This document shows, piece after piece, positions 26,125-35,306 of a DNA stretch of 59,174 nucleotides (position 1 is its first letter; every line of letters begins with the position of its first letter). The stretch comes from an uncultured Dehalococcoidales bacterium (lineage in GTDB: Bacteria > Chloroflexota > Dehalococcoidia > Dehalococcoidales > E44-bin46): the NCBI GenBank assembly GCA_964354655.1, contig CAYHAL010000001.1, positions 32,032-91,205 of the forward strand. The letters run 5' to 3'. The position numbers and the translations under genes are program-made. The notes beneath the pieces are model-generated. The model had not been told where the DNA came from, did not search any database, and saw only the letters and a list, made by a program, of their open reading frames with translations.

Positions 26125-27378
26125 CTATACCTCATTGTATTGTTGAAAGACCAGAACCGAATTATGACCGCCGAAGCCAAAAGAATTAGACAGGGCGGTG
26201 GTAACCTTAGCCCGGCGGGCTATATTGGGCACATAATCTAAATCGCATTCAGGGTCGGGGTGGGTAAGGTTTATCGTCGGTGGTATTATACCTTGCTGGA
26301 TAACCATAATGCATATTGCTGCCTCAACAGCACCGGCCGCTCCAAGTAGGTGCCCTGTCATTGACTTGGTTGAGCTTATTGGAATGTGATAGGCAGTGTC
26401 ATCAAACACCGCTTTTATCGCTTTGGTTTCCATTTTGTCGTTTAGTGGGGTAGATGAGCCATGAGCATTTATATAATCAATTTCGGTAGTAGCCAGCCCG
26501 GCTTTATTAAGTGCTATCTGCATCGCCCTTACTGCCCCTTCCCCACCTTCAGTCGGCTGGGTGATGTGATAAGCGTCGCTGCTGACTCCGTAGCCTGTAA
26601 TTTCAGCCAGAATATTAGCCCCTCGTGATTGGGCGAAGGCAAGGTCTTCCAGTATAAGGGCAGCCGCTCCCTCGCCGAGGACAAAGCCATCGCGCTCAGC
26701 GTCAAAGGGTCGTGAGGCTAACTGGGGCTGGCTATTTCGGGTGGAGAGAGCCCCGAGGGCGTTGAAGGCAGCAATCCCTATTGGAATTACTGCCGCTTCG
26801 CTGCCACCAGCCAGCATGGCTTGGGCGTCACCGCGCCTGATAATTTCATAAGCAGTGCCTATGGCATCCGAGCCACTGGAGCAGGCTGAGGTGGTACAGA
26901 AGTTTGGTCCCTTAGCTCCGAGAAGGATTGATACCTGGGCTGAAGCCATATCGGCAGCCATCATTGGTATTAAGAAAGGGCTTACTCTATTCGGCCCCCT
27001 CTCCAGTAGTGTTCTTACTTGTTGAGACAAAGTAAGCAACCCTCCAAACCCACTACCGATTACGACGCCGATATTATCCTGATTACTGGAATTTATTTGT
27101 ATTCCGGCTTGCTTTACCGCCTGCAAGCTGGCAGCCACCGCCAGTTGAACAAAACGGTCCATGTGGCGGGCTGCCTTGCGGCTGACATAGTCAGTAGGTT
27201 CAAATCCTTTCACCTCGCCGGCAAACTTGGTGGCCAACGGCTCAGGGTCAAATAGGGTGATATGGTCAATGCCAGACTTGCCAGCGATAAGGGCTTCCCA
27301 GGTGGAGGAGGCATCCAGACCTACTGGGCATAAAATACCTATGCCGGTAACCACAACTCTGCTGTTGATTGCTGACAC
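26125..27378 (-). CDS. fabF: 3-oxoacyl-[ACP] synthase II
   Basis: RVVVTGIGILCPVG, active-site TTSACSSGSDAIG, HITQP, INAHGSSTPLND and the C-terminal SNSFGFGGHNSVLVF. Confidence 0.9.
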   Translation of the reverse strand: MSAINSRVVVTGIGILCPVGLDASSTWEALIAGKSGIDHITLFDPEPLATKFAGEVKGFEPTDYVSRKAARHMDRFVQLAVAASLQAVKQAGIQINSSNQDNIGVVIGSGFGGLLTLSQQVRTLLERGPNRVSPFLIPMMAADMASAQVSILLGAKGPNFCTTSACSSGSDAIGTAYEIIRRGDAQAMLAGGSEAAVIPIGIAAFNALGALSTRNSQPQLASRPFDAERDGFVLGEGAAALILEDLAFAQSRGANILAEITGYGVSSDAYHITQPTEGGEGAVRAMQIALNKAGLATTEIDYINAHGSSTPLNDKMETKAIKAVFDDTAYHIPISSTKSMTGHLLGAAGAVEAAICIMVIQQGIIPPTINLTHPDPECDLDYVPNIARRAKVTTALSNSFGFGGHNSVLVFQQYNEV

Positions 27379-27417
27379 CCCGACTAAACTATAGGCTGGA
27401 ATGGCAAATATCTCAGC

Positions 27418-27765
27418 CTAGAGAACCGTTTTCTTGCGTTGCTGCTTAAACCACTCCCGGCTATCTTCAACCTTGGGAAGGTTGTCCAATTCTGCCTGGT
27501 TATCAGCGATGTACTTCTTGCCCTTTTCCGTGGGTTCTATTTGCAAAATGTAGGTTCTCCAAGCCAGATAACCTTTATCTACCAACCCATCTAAAACATC
27601 AGCCCATTCCCTGACTGTCGGCTCCGTCCAGAGGGTTGGTCCAGGGGCATCATAATCCGAAATTATTGTCCGACAATGTTTACCAATATCGGTCCGCTCA
27701 ATCATACCCTTACGCACCGCATCCATTATCGCTATTTCCATTAATGTTAGCTTGTCTTCAGCCAT
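27418..27765 (-). CDS. Hypothetical protein, possibly winged-helix-like
   Basis: AAGGAGG lies upstream of the internal ATG at 27765, inside the longer ORF-track version. No recognised family. Confidence 0.5.
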   Translation of the reverse strand: MAEDKLTLMEIAIMDAVRKGMIERTDIGKHCRTIISDYDAPGPTLWTEPTVREWADVLDGLVDKGYLAWRTYILQIEPTEKGKKYIADNQAELDNLPKVEDSREWFKQQRKKTVL

Positions 27766-27826
27766 AGCTAGGCTAATCCTCCTTTTTATGCCATACATTA
27801 TACTGTATTCCCCTCATCTCTTCAAT

Positions 27827-27855
27827 TTGACCAGCCGAGAAGTTGAAAGTACAAT
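27827..27855 (+). promoter_or_regulatory. Promoter TTGACC-N17-TACAAT, 8 nt upstream of ATG 27864
   Basis: TTGACC at 27827-27832 and TACAAT at 27850-27855. The ORF-track TTG start at 27843 lies inside the spacer. Confidence 0.5.
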
Positions 27856-27863
27856 GCCCATAT

Positions 27864-29171
27864 ATGGTAAGTAACTTCATAATGGAGTTTATTAACCGAA
27901 GCAGAAAGCCTAAAGAAATAAAGGTGGCTTTAGATACCCTCGGCTGTAAACTCAACCAGGCTGAGACGGAGCTCTTAGCCCGGCAATTGGCTGAGGCAGG
28001 GTATCAACTAGTACCCCCGGCTGATGAGGCTGATATCTATATCCTGAATACCTGCACCGTCACTCATATTGCCGACAGCAAATCGCGACATCACCTCAGG
28101 CTGGCGCACCGGCGAAATCCTGACGCCTTAATAGTAGTTACTGGTTGCTATGCCCAACGAGCCCCCAAGGAGCTAGCCCAGATTGAAGGGGTTAGCCTTG
28201 TCCTGGGCAATAATGAGAAGGCGTCTCTGCCCTTGCTACTAAAGGAGGCTGGCTGTATGGGTAGCCTGGCCTTTGTTCAAAAGGGTTCAATTATCAGTCA
28301 TTATGCCGGGTTCAGGACTCGTGCCTTGGTCAAGGTTCAGGATGGTTGTAATAGCTTTTGCTCCTATTGTATCGTCCCCCTGGTCAGGGGCAGGGAGAAG
28401 AGCCTACCGGTTGACCAGGTTGTTGATGAAGTCAGACATCGGGTGGCTGAGGGCTATAAAGAGGTAGTATTGACCGGGGTCAAGATTGGTTCCTATGATT
28501 ATGGCGGGGTTAATCTAGAAGGCTTGCTGGAGCATATCTTAAATGAGACCGGTGTGGAGAGGTTAAGGCTGTCCTCTCTACAGCCCTGGGAAGTCTCCCC
28601 CGAGCTTATCAGCCTATGGCGCAACCAAAGACTATGCCCCCACTTTCATCTATCACTTCAGAGCGGCAGCAATGGGGTGCTTAGTCGGATGAAGCGGGGC
28701 TACTCTGCTAGTGATTATGAGCAGTCGGTATCTTTAATTCGGGCCCTACTGCCTGAAGCAGCTATCACTACCGACATTATGGTTGGCTTCCCCGGTGATA
28801 CTGATGAGGAGTTTGATGAGAGCTATGATTTTTGTCGGCGGATGGAATTTGCCCGAATCCATGTCTTCTCTTACTCACCGCGCCAGGGGACTCAAGCCGC
28901 CCAGATGCCACATCAAGTCAGCGAGAGAGTCAAAAAAGAGCGTAGCCAGAAAATGCTGGCTTTAGCTAAAGAAAGCGCCCAGAACTTCAGCCAGCGGTTT
29001 TTGGGCAGGACAATGACGGTACTATTTGAGCAGCAATCTAACGGCGTCTGGTCTGGCCACACCGATAACTACATCAAGGTATACACCAAAGCCACCGCTG
29101 ACTTAACCAATAAACTCCTGCCATTAAAGCTGGTGGAGATTAGAGGGGATGGGGTGTGGGGGAATATATAG
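27864..29171 (+). CDS. mtaB: Radical-SAM tRNA methylthiotransferase, MtaB-like (MiaB family)
   Basis: The UPF0004 N-domain is VALDTLGCKLNQAE...YILNTCTVT. The radical-SAM motif is CNSFCSYCIVP. There is a TRAM-like C-terminus. Start alternatives are 27864 (leaderless) and 27882. Confidence 0.85.
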   Translation: MVSNFIMEFINRSRKPKEIKVALDTLGCKLNQAETELLARQLAEAGYQLVPPADEADIYILNTCTVTHIADSKSRHHLRLAHRRNPDALIVVTGCYAQRAPKELAQIEGVSLVLGNNEKASLPLLLKEAGCMGSLAFVQKGSIISHYAGFRTRALVKVQDGCNSFCSYCIVPLVRGREKSLPVDQVVDEVRHRVAEGYKEVVLTGVKIGSYDYGGVNLEGLLEHILNETGVERLRLSSLQPWEVSPELISLWRNQRLCPHFHLSLQSGSNGVLSRMKRGYSASDYEQSVSLIRALLPEAAITTDIMVGFPGDTDEEFDESYDFCRRMEFARIHVFSYSPRQGTQAAQMPHQVSERVKKERSQKMLALAKESAQNFSQRFLGRTMTVLFEQQSNGVWSGHTDNYIKVYTKATADLTNKLLPLKLVEIRGDGVWGNI

Positions 29172-29223
29172 TGTGATATATTAGAAGAACAAATATGTAA
29201 ATAACCTCGGTACTGCCACGGGG

Positions 29224-29799
29224 GTGATGGAATTGCCTTTTTCTGAAGGAGTAAAAGCGCAAGCACGTAGGAAAGCTCATTTCAGATGTGTAATTTGTCA
29301 CGAGCCTTTCGTGGATGTGCATCATATAATACTTGAGTCAGAAAGTGGATCAAATACTTTGGACAATGCTGCACCTCTATGTGCAAAGTGCCACGATGAT
29401 TATGGAAATAATCCCGACAAGAGGAAACAAATTAGAGGTATGAGAGACCTTTGGTATGATATTTGCGAGAAAAGATATGCGGAATCAAATATCAAGGTCT
29501 ACGAGAAGCTAAATGAATTGTATGAAATGACGAAAACTGTGAAAGAAGACCAAGTTAAGTCTCAAGAAATACTAAGGGAAATAAAGGATACTATGTCTGG
29601 GCTTCTAGATGCTACCGGAGATTCTATCAAGAAGATAGGGACAATGGATGATATTATAGCTACCTCAGGCTATTTAACTAGCGGCACAAAGCTTGGTGAC
29701 AATGTGTATGCTAATGTAAGTTGTCGTAACTGCGGGACATATATCGGGCTGCTAGTAGGTACAGACAAGTGCCCAAATTGTGGAATGCCAATTAGGTGA
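29224..29799 (+). CDS. HNH-nuclease-domain protein with coiled-coil middle and C-terminal zinc ribbon
   Basis: CVICHEPFVDVHHIILESESGSNTLDNAAPLCAKCH is the HNH motif. The C-terminus is CRNCG...CPNCG. The region is visibly AT-richer than its flanks (by eye, not computed). Confidence 0.75.
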   Translation: MMELPFSEGVKAQARRKAHFRCVICHEPFVDVHHIILESESGSNTLDNAAPLCAKCHDDYGNNPDKRKQIRGMRDLWYDICEKRYAESNIKVYEKLNELYEMTKTVKEDQVKSQEILREIKDTMSGLLDATGDSIKKIGTMDDIIATSGYLTSGTKLGDNVYANVSCRNCGTYIGLLVGTDKCPNCGMPIR

Positions 29800-29862
29800 T
29801 AGCGGAAGAATCAATCAACTCTGTCCCTCAGCTTGTGCCGCTACACATGTGAATTTACCCAT

Positions 29863-30348
29863 CTAATCATTCCCCACCTCAATTCCCAAAACGACTGAGG
29901 TCTCAATCTGGCGCTGGGGGATGTCCCAGTAGGTCTTCAGTAGCTCGTCCTTGTTGGGCAGTAGGGTAAAGCCGTGCTTGACATAAAATTCTATTGCCCA
30001 ATAGGCATCAGTCCAGGTTCCGACCAGCAGGCGGGAAGTGGTAGCCAGACCTTTGAGGTGCGCCAGGAGTCTGCTGGCTATCCCCTGTCTCTGCCACGAG
30101 GGCAAGACGTAGGCATGGCGGATGAGGGTAACGTCCTTAATCGGCTCAAAACCCATTACCCCGACCAGCTCTTGGTTTACCTCCCAGCCAAAGAAGGTCA
30201 TCCGTTTCATCTCCCGGCTTAGCTCCTCCATAGTCATGTAGGGCTGGTGATAGCAGTCAGTTGGTATGATACCTTCGTAGGCTTTGGCTGCCTCATTAAT
30301 GATAAAATATATCCTCTGGATATCACCGGGATGGCATATATGAATCAC
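29863..30348 (-). CDS. GNAT-family N-acetyltransferase
   Basis: LVGVMGFEP...IRHAYVLPSWQRQGIASRLLAHL is acetyl-CoA-binding motif A (Q/RxxGxA). Confidence 0.8.
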   Translation of the reverse strand: MIHICHPGDIQRIYFIINEAAKAYEGIIPTDCYHQPYMTMEELSREMKRMTFFGWEVNQELVGVMGFEPIKDVTLIRHAYVLPSWQRQGIASRLLAHLKGLATTSRLLVGTWTDAYWAIEFYVKHGFTLLPNKDELLKTYWDIPQRQIETSVVLGIEVGND

Positions 30349-30376
30349 AAGCTTAATATTAACATAAAGTAAAGAG

Positions 30377-30405
30377 TTGCTCGTTTTCTATTATTATGCT
30401 AAAGT
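30377..30405 (+). promoter_or_regulatory. Weak promoter candidate TTGCTC-N17-TAAAGT upstream of the hydrogenase operon
   Basis: TTGCTC at 30377-30382 and TAAAGT at 30400-30405. Confidence 0.3.
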
Positions 30406-30459
30406 GCTTGAGAAAGAAAGACGGAAATGGTTAAGCAACCGTCTAGGAAGGGGGTAAAG

Positions 30460-31446
30460 ATGGCTAAGCCTAAGGTCGCTTTTTATTGGTGTGCTTCATG
30501 CGGTGGGTGTGAGGAGGCAGTCGTTGACCTTAATGAAGATTTATTGAAAGTGGCTGAGGCTGTGGATATTGTCCTATGGCCTGTAGCCATGGACTTTAAG
30601 AGAAAGGATATTGAAGCCCTGAGCGATGGTGAGATAGCGGTGAGCTTTATAAATGGGGCAGTGAGGCTAGATGAGCAGGAAGAGATGGTAAAGCTCCTGC
30701 GAGAAAAATCTGGTCTTGTGGTTGCTTTCGGCGCCTGCGCTCACCTGGGTGGAATACCTGGACTGGCAAACTTCTGGACGAGGGAAACTATTTTTCATAG
30801 AGCGTATAAGGAAACCCCAAGCGTTGAAAATCCAGAGGGGATTACTCCACAAGAGAAGATAATCACTAATGGCGATGAACTTACCCTGCCAGAATTTTAT
30901 GATACGGTAATGACTTTAGATCAAGTTATTCCGGTGGATTACTACCTTCCTGGTTGTCCACCACCGCCAGACTTGATACTGAATGCAGTAAATGCCATTC
31001 TCCGGGGAGAGTTGCCAGAGAGGGGAGCAGTGCTTGCTCCTGATAAAGCCCTGTGTGATACCTGCCCGAGGCAAGAGACAAAGCCAGAGAAGTTATCCAT
31101 GAAAGAGATAAAAAGACCGTGGGAAATCAAGATTGACCCTGAGAAATGCTTTCTTGAGCAGGGACTAATTTGTCTCGGTCCTGCCACCCGGTCAGGGTGT
31201 GGAGAAACATGCATTAAGGCGAATCAGCCATGTCGGGGGTGCTTTGGTCCGGTAGACGGGGTTATAGACCAAGGGGCAAAAGCCCTGTCAATGATTGCTT
31301 CTATACTAGGGCTTGAAGGCGAAGAAAGGATGACCGACGAGGAGGTCGAAGAATTAATTAATGGGATTGTAGACCCGGCAGGCACATTTTATAGATTTAG
31401 CCTGCCAGCCTCACTGCTTAGAAGGAAGAGACTGGAAACGAAATAG
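30460..31446 (+). CDS. Cytoplasmic [NiFe]-hydrogenase small subunit (group-3-like)
   Basis: KVAFYWCASCGGCEEAVVDL is the proximal-cluster motif. Further Cys clusters are CPPPPD, CDTCP, CLGPATRSGCGETC and CRGCFGP. There is no Tat signal. GGAAGGGGG SD precedes ATG 30460. Confidence 0.85.
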   Translation: MAKPKVAFYWCASCGGCEEAVVDLNEDLLKVAEAVDIVLWPVAMDFKRKDIEALSDGEIAVSFINGAVRLDEQEEMVKLLREKSGLVVAFGACAHLGGIPGLANFWTRETIFHRAYKETPSVENPEGITPQEKIITNGDELTLPEFYDTVMTLDQVIPVDYYLPGCPPPPDLILNAVNAILRGELPERGAVLAPDKALCDTCPRQETKPEKLSMKEIKRPWEIKIDPEKCFLEQGLICLGPATRSGCGETCIKANQPCRGCFGPVDGVIDQGAKALSMIASILGLEGEERMTDEEVEELINGIVDPAGTFYRFSLPASLLRRKRLETK

Positions 31447-31455
31447 GAGGGCACA

Positions 31456-32916
31456 GTGAGAAAGATAACGATAGACCCAATAACCAGGCTTGAAGGACAT
31501 GGAAAGATAGAGATATTCCTCAATGATGAGGGGAATTGCGACCGGGCTTACCTTCAGGTCCCTGAGCTCCGAGGCTTTGAGAAATTCTCTGAGGGAAGAC
31601 CTGCTGAGGAGATGCCACGAATAACCACCATGATCTGTGGCGTGTGTCCTACTGCTCACCATATGGCATCAACTAAGGCTCTTGACGACCTTTGGAAGGT
31701 TGAGCCAACATCAGCAGCGAAGAAAATAAGAGAGCTTATGTATAACGCCTTCCAGGCTGAAGACCATATATTAAATTTCTTCTTCCTTGGCGGTCCCGAC
31801 TTCGTTGTTGGTCTCCAAGCACCTGCTGCAGAAAGGAATGTATTAGGGGTTATCGCTAAGGCTGGACTGGAAGCTGGCAAAAAGGTTATAGAAGTAAGGA
31901 AAAGGCTAAGAGGAATCCTGAGAATAATTGGCGGGAAGCCGGTTATGCCTACCTGCGGCCTGCCGGGAGGGGTATCAAAACAAATCACCGAGGAGGAAAG
32001 GGGGACAATTATAGAGGCGGGGGAATATGCCGTTGATTTCGCCAGGTTTGCCCTCGACCTTTTTAATGACATTGTACTTAAAAACAAAGACTATGTTGAC
32101 CTCATCACCGGCGATGTTTACAAACATAGGACGTATTATATGGGGCTGGTGGATGAGAACAACAAGGTGAACTTCTACGATGGAGTTATAAGGGTGGTTG
32201 ACCCCAATGGTAAAGAGTTTGCCAAGTTTAGGGCTCAGCGGTATCTTGACCACATCAGGGAGCATGTTGAGCCCTGGACTTACGCCAAGTTCTCCTATCT
32301 CAAGAATGTAGGCTGGAGGGGATTTGTTGATGGAGAAGAGAGCGGCGTCTTTAGGGTAGCGCCATTGGCTAGGCTGAATGCGTCTGATGGGATGGCAACA
32401 CCGCTGGCCCAGGAAGCCTATGAAAAGATGTATGAAGTATTAGGCGGGAAACCAGTTCACAGCACTTTAGCTTTCCACTGGGCGCGACTCATTGAGGCAC
32501 TTTATGCCTCGGAACGGGTGCTGGAGCTTGCCCATGACCCTGAACTTACTTCTCCTGACATAGTAAATTTGCCTACCCAGACTCCGAAGGAGGGGATAGG
32601 CGTAGTCGAAGCGCCAAGAGGAACCCTAATTCACCACTATCAGACTGATGACAGGGGAATTCTGACTAAGGTCAACTTAATTGTCGCCACCCAGAATAAC
32701 TCGGCGGCTATTAACATGTCGGTCGAGAAAGCAGCCAAATCACTGATAAAGAAAGGAAAAGTCCCCGATGGGATTCTCAATATGATTGAGATGGCATTCA
32801 GGGCCTATGACCCCTGCCATGCCTGCGCCACCCATTCACTCCCGGGAGGAATGCCGCTTGAGGTGGATGTATATAACTCCAAAGGGGACTTAGTGAAGAA
32901 GTTAAAGAGAGGATAG
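31456..32916 (+). CDS. [NiFe]-hydrogenase large (catalytic) subunit
   Basis: The N-terminus has RLEGHGKI and the L1-type MICGVCPTAHH motif. The C-terminus has DPCHACATH followed by a 26-aa extension. GGAGGG SD precedes the GTG start. Confidence 0.9.
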   Translation: MRKITIDPITRLEGHGKIEIFLNDEGNCDRAYLQVPELRGFEKFSEGRPAEEMPRITTMICGVCPTAHHMASTKALDDLWKVEPTSAAKKIRELMYNAFQAEDHILNFFFLGGPDFVVGLQAPAAERNVLGVIAKAGLEAGKKVIEVRKRLRGILRIIGGKPVMPTCGLPGGVSKQITEEERGTIIEAGEYAVDFARFALDLFNDIVLKNKDYVDLITGDVYKHRTYYMGLVDENNKVNFYDGVIRVVDPNGKEFAKFRAQRYLDHIREHVEPWTYAKFSYLKNVGWRGFVDGEESGVFRVAPLARLNASDGMATPLAQEAYEKMYEVLGGKPVHSTLAFHWARLIEALYASERVLELAHDPELTSPDIVNLPTQTPKEGIGVVEAPRGTLIHHYQTDDRGILTKVNLIVATQNNSAAINMSVEKAAKSLIKKGKVPDGILNMIEMAFRAYDPCHACATHSLPGGMPLEVDVYNSKGDLVKKLKRG

Positions 32917-32917
32917 G

Positions 32918-34720
32918 ATGGGGAAGGCTGTTTCTGATGAAGAACAAGCTCAGGTTGAGGAAGTAATTAATGAAGCTGGAAAGGTATATTTGCCACCCTG
33001 TCAGATAGCCTGTCCTTTAGGCGAGGACATCCAACGCAGTCATGCTATGATTGCTTTACTTCCTCTGGATGCTGAAGAGGCGGCAGGTCAGATAATCAAG
33101 ATTGGGGACGAAATTTATGATAAGAATCCTTTGTTCCTACTGTGCAGCTATATTTGTGGGCTTTGTGAGAAGCAGTGCAATTATAAGGACCAGACTGGAG
33201 CCGTTAGGCGACGGATGATATTGAAACTTATTGCTGAGTACTATCTTTCCTATTTGGAGACCAAGCCTCCGTTGCCCGTGCCAAACAAAGAGAAAGTAGC
33301 TGTGATTGGGGGTGGACCAGGAGGCTTGATGTGCGCCTATACCTTGAGTAAGAAAGGCTACCGAGTTACCATTCTGGAAAGAGGCTTTGAGCTAGGCGGC
33401 GCTCTACGATATATCCCCAGGTATCGTCTTCCCAAGGATATAGTCGATGCTGCGATACGCAACCTAGTCAGGATTGCCCATATTGATGTCAAGCTTGGGA
33501 CTAGGATGGGTGACGGTGGGAAAACGCTGGATGACCTTAGGCATGAAAGCTATCGGGCGATATTCATAGCTACTGGCACTCCCTCTCCTAGACCTCTAAC
33601 TATAGACAGGGAATGTGTAGCCGGAGCTGACCTAGAGGGGGTCATGTTCGGATTACCCTTGCTCTTTGCGGTAAATCAGGGAAGGGTTCCCCCTCAGCTC
33701 TTTCAAGGTAAGCGAGCGATAGTAGTTGGCGGTGGTAATGTAGCCTTTGATGTAGCCAGGACAGCCCGAAGGCTGGGGGGAGAGGTTACTCTTGTCTGTC
33801 TAGAAAATGGAGATGAGTGTTCCAAGGATGGCATACCGGCTGACCTTGAAGAGATAGAAGGCGCTACCGAAGAAGGCATAAAAATAATCTACTCCAGAGG
33901 TGTAGCCGAGATAATCGGCGAAAATGGGAAATTTAAGAAAATAGAATGCCCCCGGTGCACATCGGTCTTTGATGAAGATGGTAGATTTAACCCTAAATTC
34001 GACCGGGGCGATGTAATATATCTTGAAGGGGATGTGCTGCTCATTACAATAGGCCAAGGTCCAGAGCGGGCATTCTTCCAGCAGGAGAATCTACTGAATG
34101 AGAAGGGTAGATTGGACATTGATGAAGTTACCCTTAGGAGCAACCTTAAACAGGGGGTTTTCATCGGCGGTGATGTTAGAAGGGTAGGTTTTATGGCAGA
34201 AGCGATGAGGGAGGGGGTAACCGCCGCCGAGTCCATTGACCGCTACCTGAAGGGTGAGGACATGAAGGCAGGGAGGGAAAGGGAATACGAAAAAGCCTCC
34301 ATCCCAGACCGTCTGGAGTATAAGCCTCAACCAGCACTCAAATGGGCTCCAGCCGAAGACAGGCTGAATTTTGACCCCTTTGAGGAAGCATTCACCCTGG
34401 AAGAAGTAATAGAAGAGGCTAGGCGATGTCTCTGTTGTGGACCGTGTAAGAGTTGTAAAGGATGTGTCGCCCTAGAGCTTCAGCCTGAGATACTAGAGGT
34501 TGAGATTAACGAAGATTTGTGCAGCGGATGTGGAATTTGCGTTGCCGTCTGCCCCTATGATACCTGTAGATTGGAAAAAACTGAAAAGGGGCTAGTATCA
34601 GTCACAGATAGCCTTAAGTGTAAGGGATGCGGAGTGTGTATTAGTGCTTGTCCTGCCGGGGCAAGAACCATGAAAGATAAACTGGCGGAAATTGTAGCTA
34701 ATATCTACGCTACGTTATGA
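32918..34720 (+). CDS. GltD/NfnB-like FAD- and NAD(P)H-binding iron-sulfur oxidoreductase with a C-terminal 2x[4Fe-4S] ferredoxin domain (putative hydrogenase diaphorase subunit)
   Basis: Rossmann motifs are VAVIGGGPGGLMCA and AIVVGGGNVAFDVA. Cys motifs are CGLCEKQC, CLCCGPCKSCKGC, CSGCGICVAVCP and CKGCGVCISACP. Confidence 0.82.
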   Translation: MGKAVSDEEQAQVEEVINEAGKVYLPPCQIACPLGEDIQRSHAMIALLPLDAEEAAGQIIKIGDEIYDKNPLFLLCSYICGLCEKQCNYKDQTGAVRRRMILKLIAEYYLSYLETKPPLPVPNKEKVAVIGGGPGGLMCAYTLSKKGYRVTILERGFELGGALRYIPRYRLPKDIVDAAIRNLVRIAHIDVKLGTRMGDGGKTLDDLRHESYRAIFIATGTPSPRPLTIDRECVAGADLEGVMFGLPLLFAVNQGRVPPQLFQGKRAIVVGGGNVAFDVARTARRLGGEVTLVCLENGDECSKDGIPADLEEIEGATEEGIKIIYSRGVAEIIGENGKFKKIECPRCTSVFDEDGRFNPKFDRGDVIYLEGDVLLITIGQGPERAFFQQENLLNEKGRLDIDEVTLRSNLKQGVFIGGDVRRVGFMAEAMREGVTAAESIDRYLKGEDMKAGREREYEKASIPDRLEYKPQPALKWAPAEDRLNFDPFEEAFTLEEVIEEARRCLCCGPCKSCKGCVALELQPEILEVEINEDLCSGCGICVAVCPYDTCRLEKTEKGLVSVTDSLKCKGCGVCISACPAGARTMKDKLAEIVANIYATL

Positions 34721-34755
34721 ATATGGATATGAATATGGAAAGGAGGGGATAAACC

Positions 34756-34974
34756 ACGAAAGAGAAGGTAGAAGCGGTTCTGGCTCAAATAAGACCTGTC
34801 TTGCAGGCAGACGGGGGTGATGTCGAGCTGGTAGATGTGAGTGAAGGAGTGGTTAGGCTAAAGCTCAAAGGTGCCTGTAGTGGCTGCCCTATGGCAACTA
34901 TAACCCTGCAGCGCGGGATTGAGCGAATCCTCAAAGAGCAGATACCCGAGGTTAAAGAAGTGATTGCCGTCTAG
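34756..34974 (+). CDS. NifU C-terminal domain (Nfu-type) Fe-S scaffold/carrier protein with no canonical start codon
   Basis: The translation [68 protein letters not shown] is a clear Nfu domain with CxxC. The frame is closed by TAA at 34750. AGGAGGGG at 34741-34748 lies 7 nt before ACG 34756. The next CTG/TTG/GTG codons are too far downstream. The start coordinate is therefore uncertain. Confidence 0.6.
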   Translation, partial: TKEKVEAVLAQIRPVLQADGGDVELVDVSEGVVRLKLKGACSGCPMATITLQRGIERILKEQIPEVKEVIAV

Positions 34975-34992
34975 CAACCCGTATGGGAGAGG

Positions 34993-35223
34993 ATGATGCC
35001 TATATATGAATATCTTTGCTCAAATTGTAAACTTAAGTTTGAGCTGCTTAGAGCAATGAGCCAGTCGGGTGAGGGTGCTCTTTGTCCGAGGTGCGGAAGC
35101 AGTGCCCAGCGAGTGCTTTCATTGTTCTCCAGAAGTTCCGAGGGGGCATCGGCTTCCGAGGGAAGAAGTGCATGCAGCAGTTGCACTTCCTATAACTGTA
35201 GTTCCTGCTCTCTATCAGGATAA
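34993..35223 (+). CDS. FmdB-family zinc-ribbon protein
   Basis: MPIYEYLCSNCKLKFELL...ALCPRCGS matches CxxC_CxxC_SSSS. The tail is Ser/Cys-rich. Confidence 0.7.
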   Translation: MMPIYEYLCSNCKLKFELLRAMSQSGEGALCPRCGSSAQRVLSLFSRSSEGASASEGRSACSSCTSYNCSSCSLSG

Positions 35224-35306
35224 AGCGTTAAAAATGAAACCGAGGATGGCCTCCAGCCCCTCAAGGTTTTCTAGAATCCGTTAAATAAGAACTGAGTGGC
35301 GTAACT

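Noticed and set aside
32800-32916. Possible selenocysteine or other recoding in the hydrogenase large-subunit C-terminal motif.
   Set aside because: The motif is encoded with ordinary Cys codons (DPCHACATH) and the ORF is uninterrupted.
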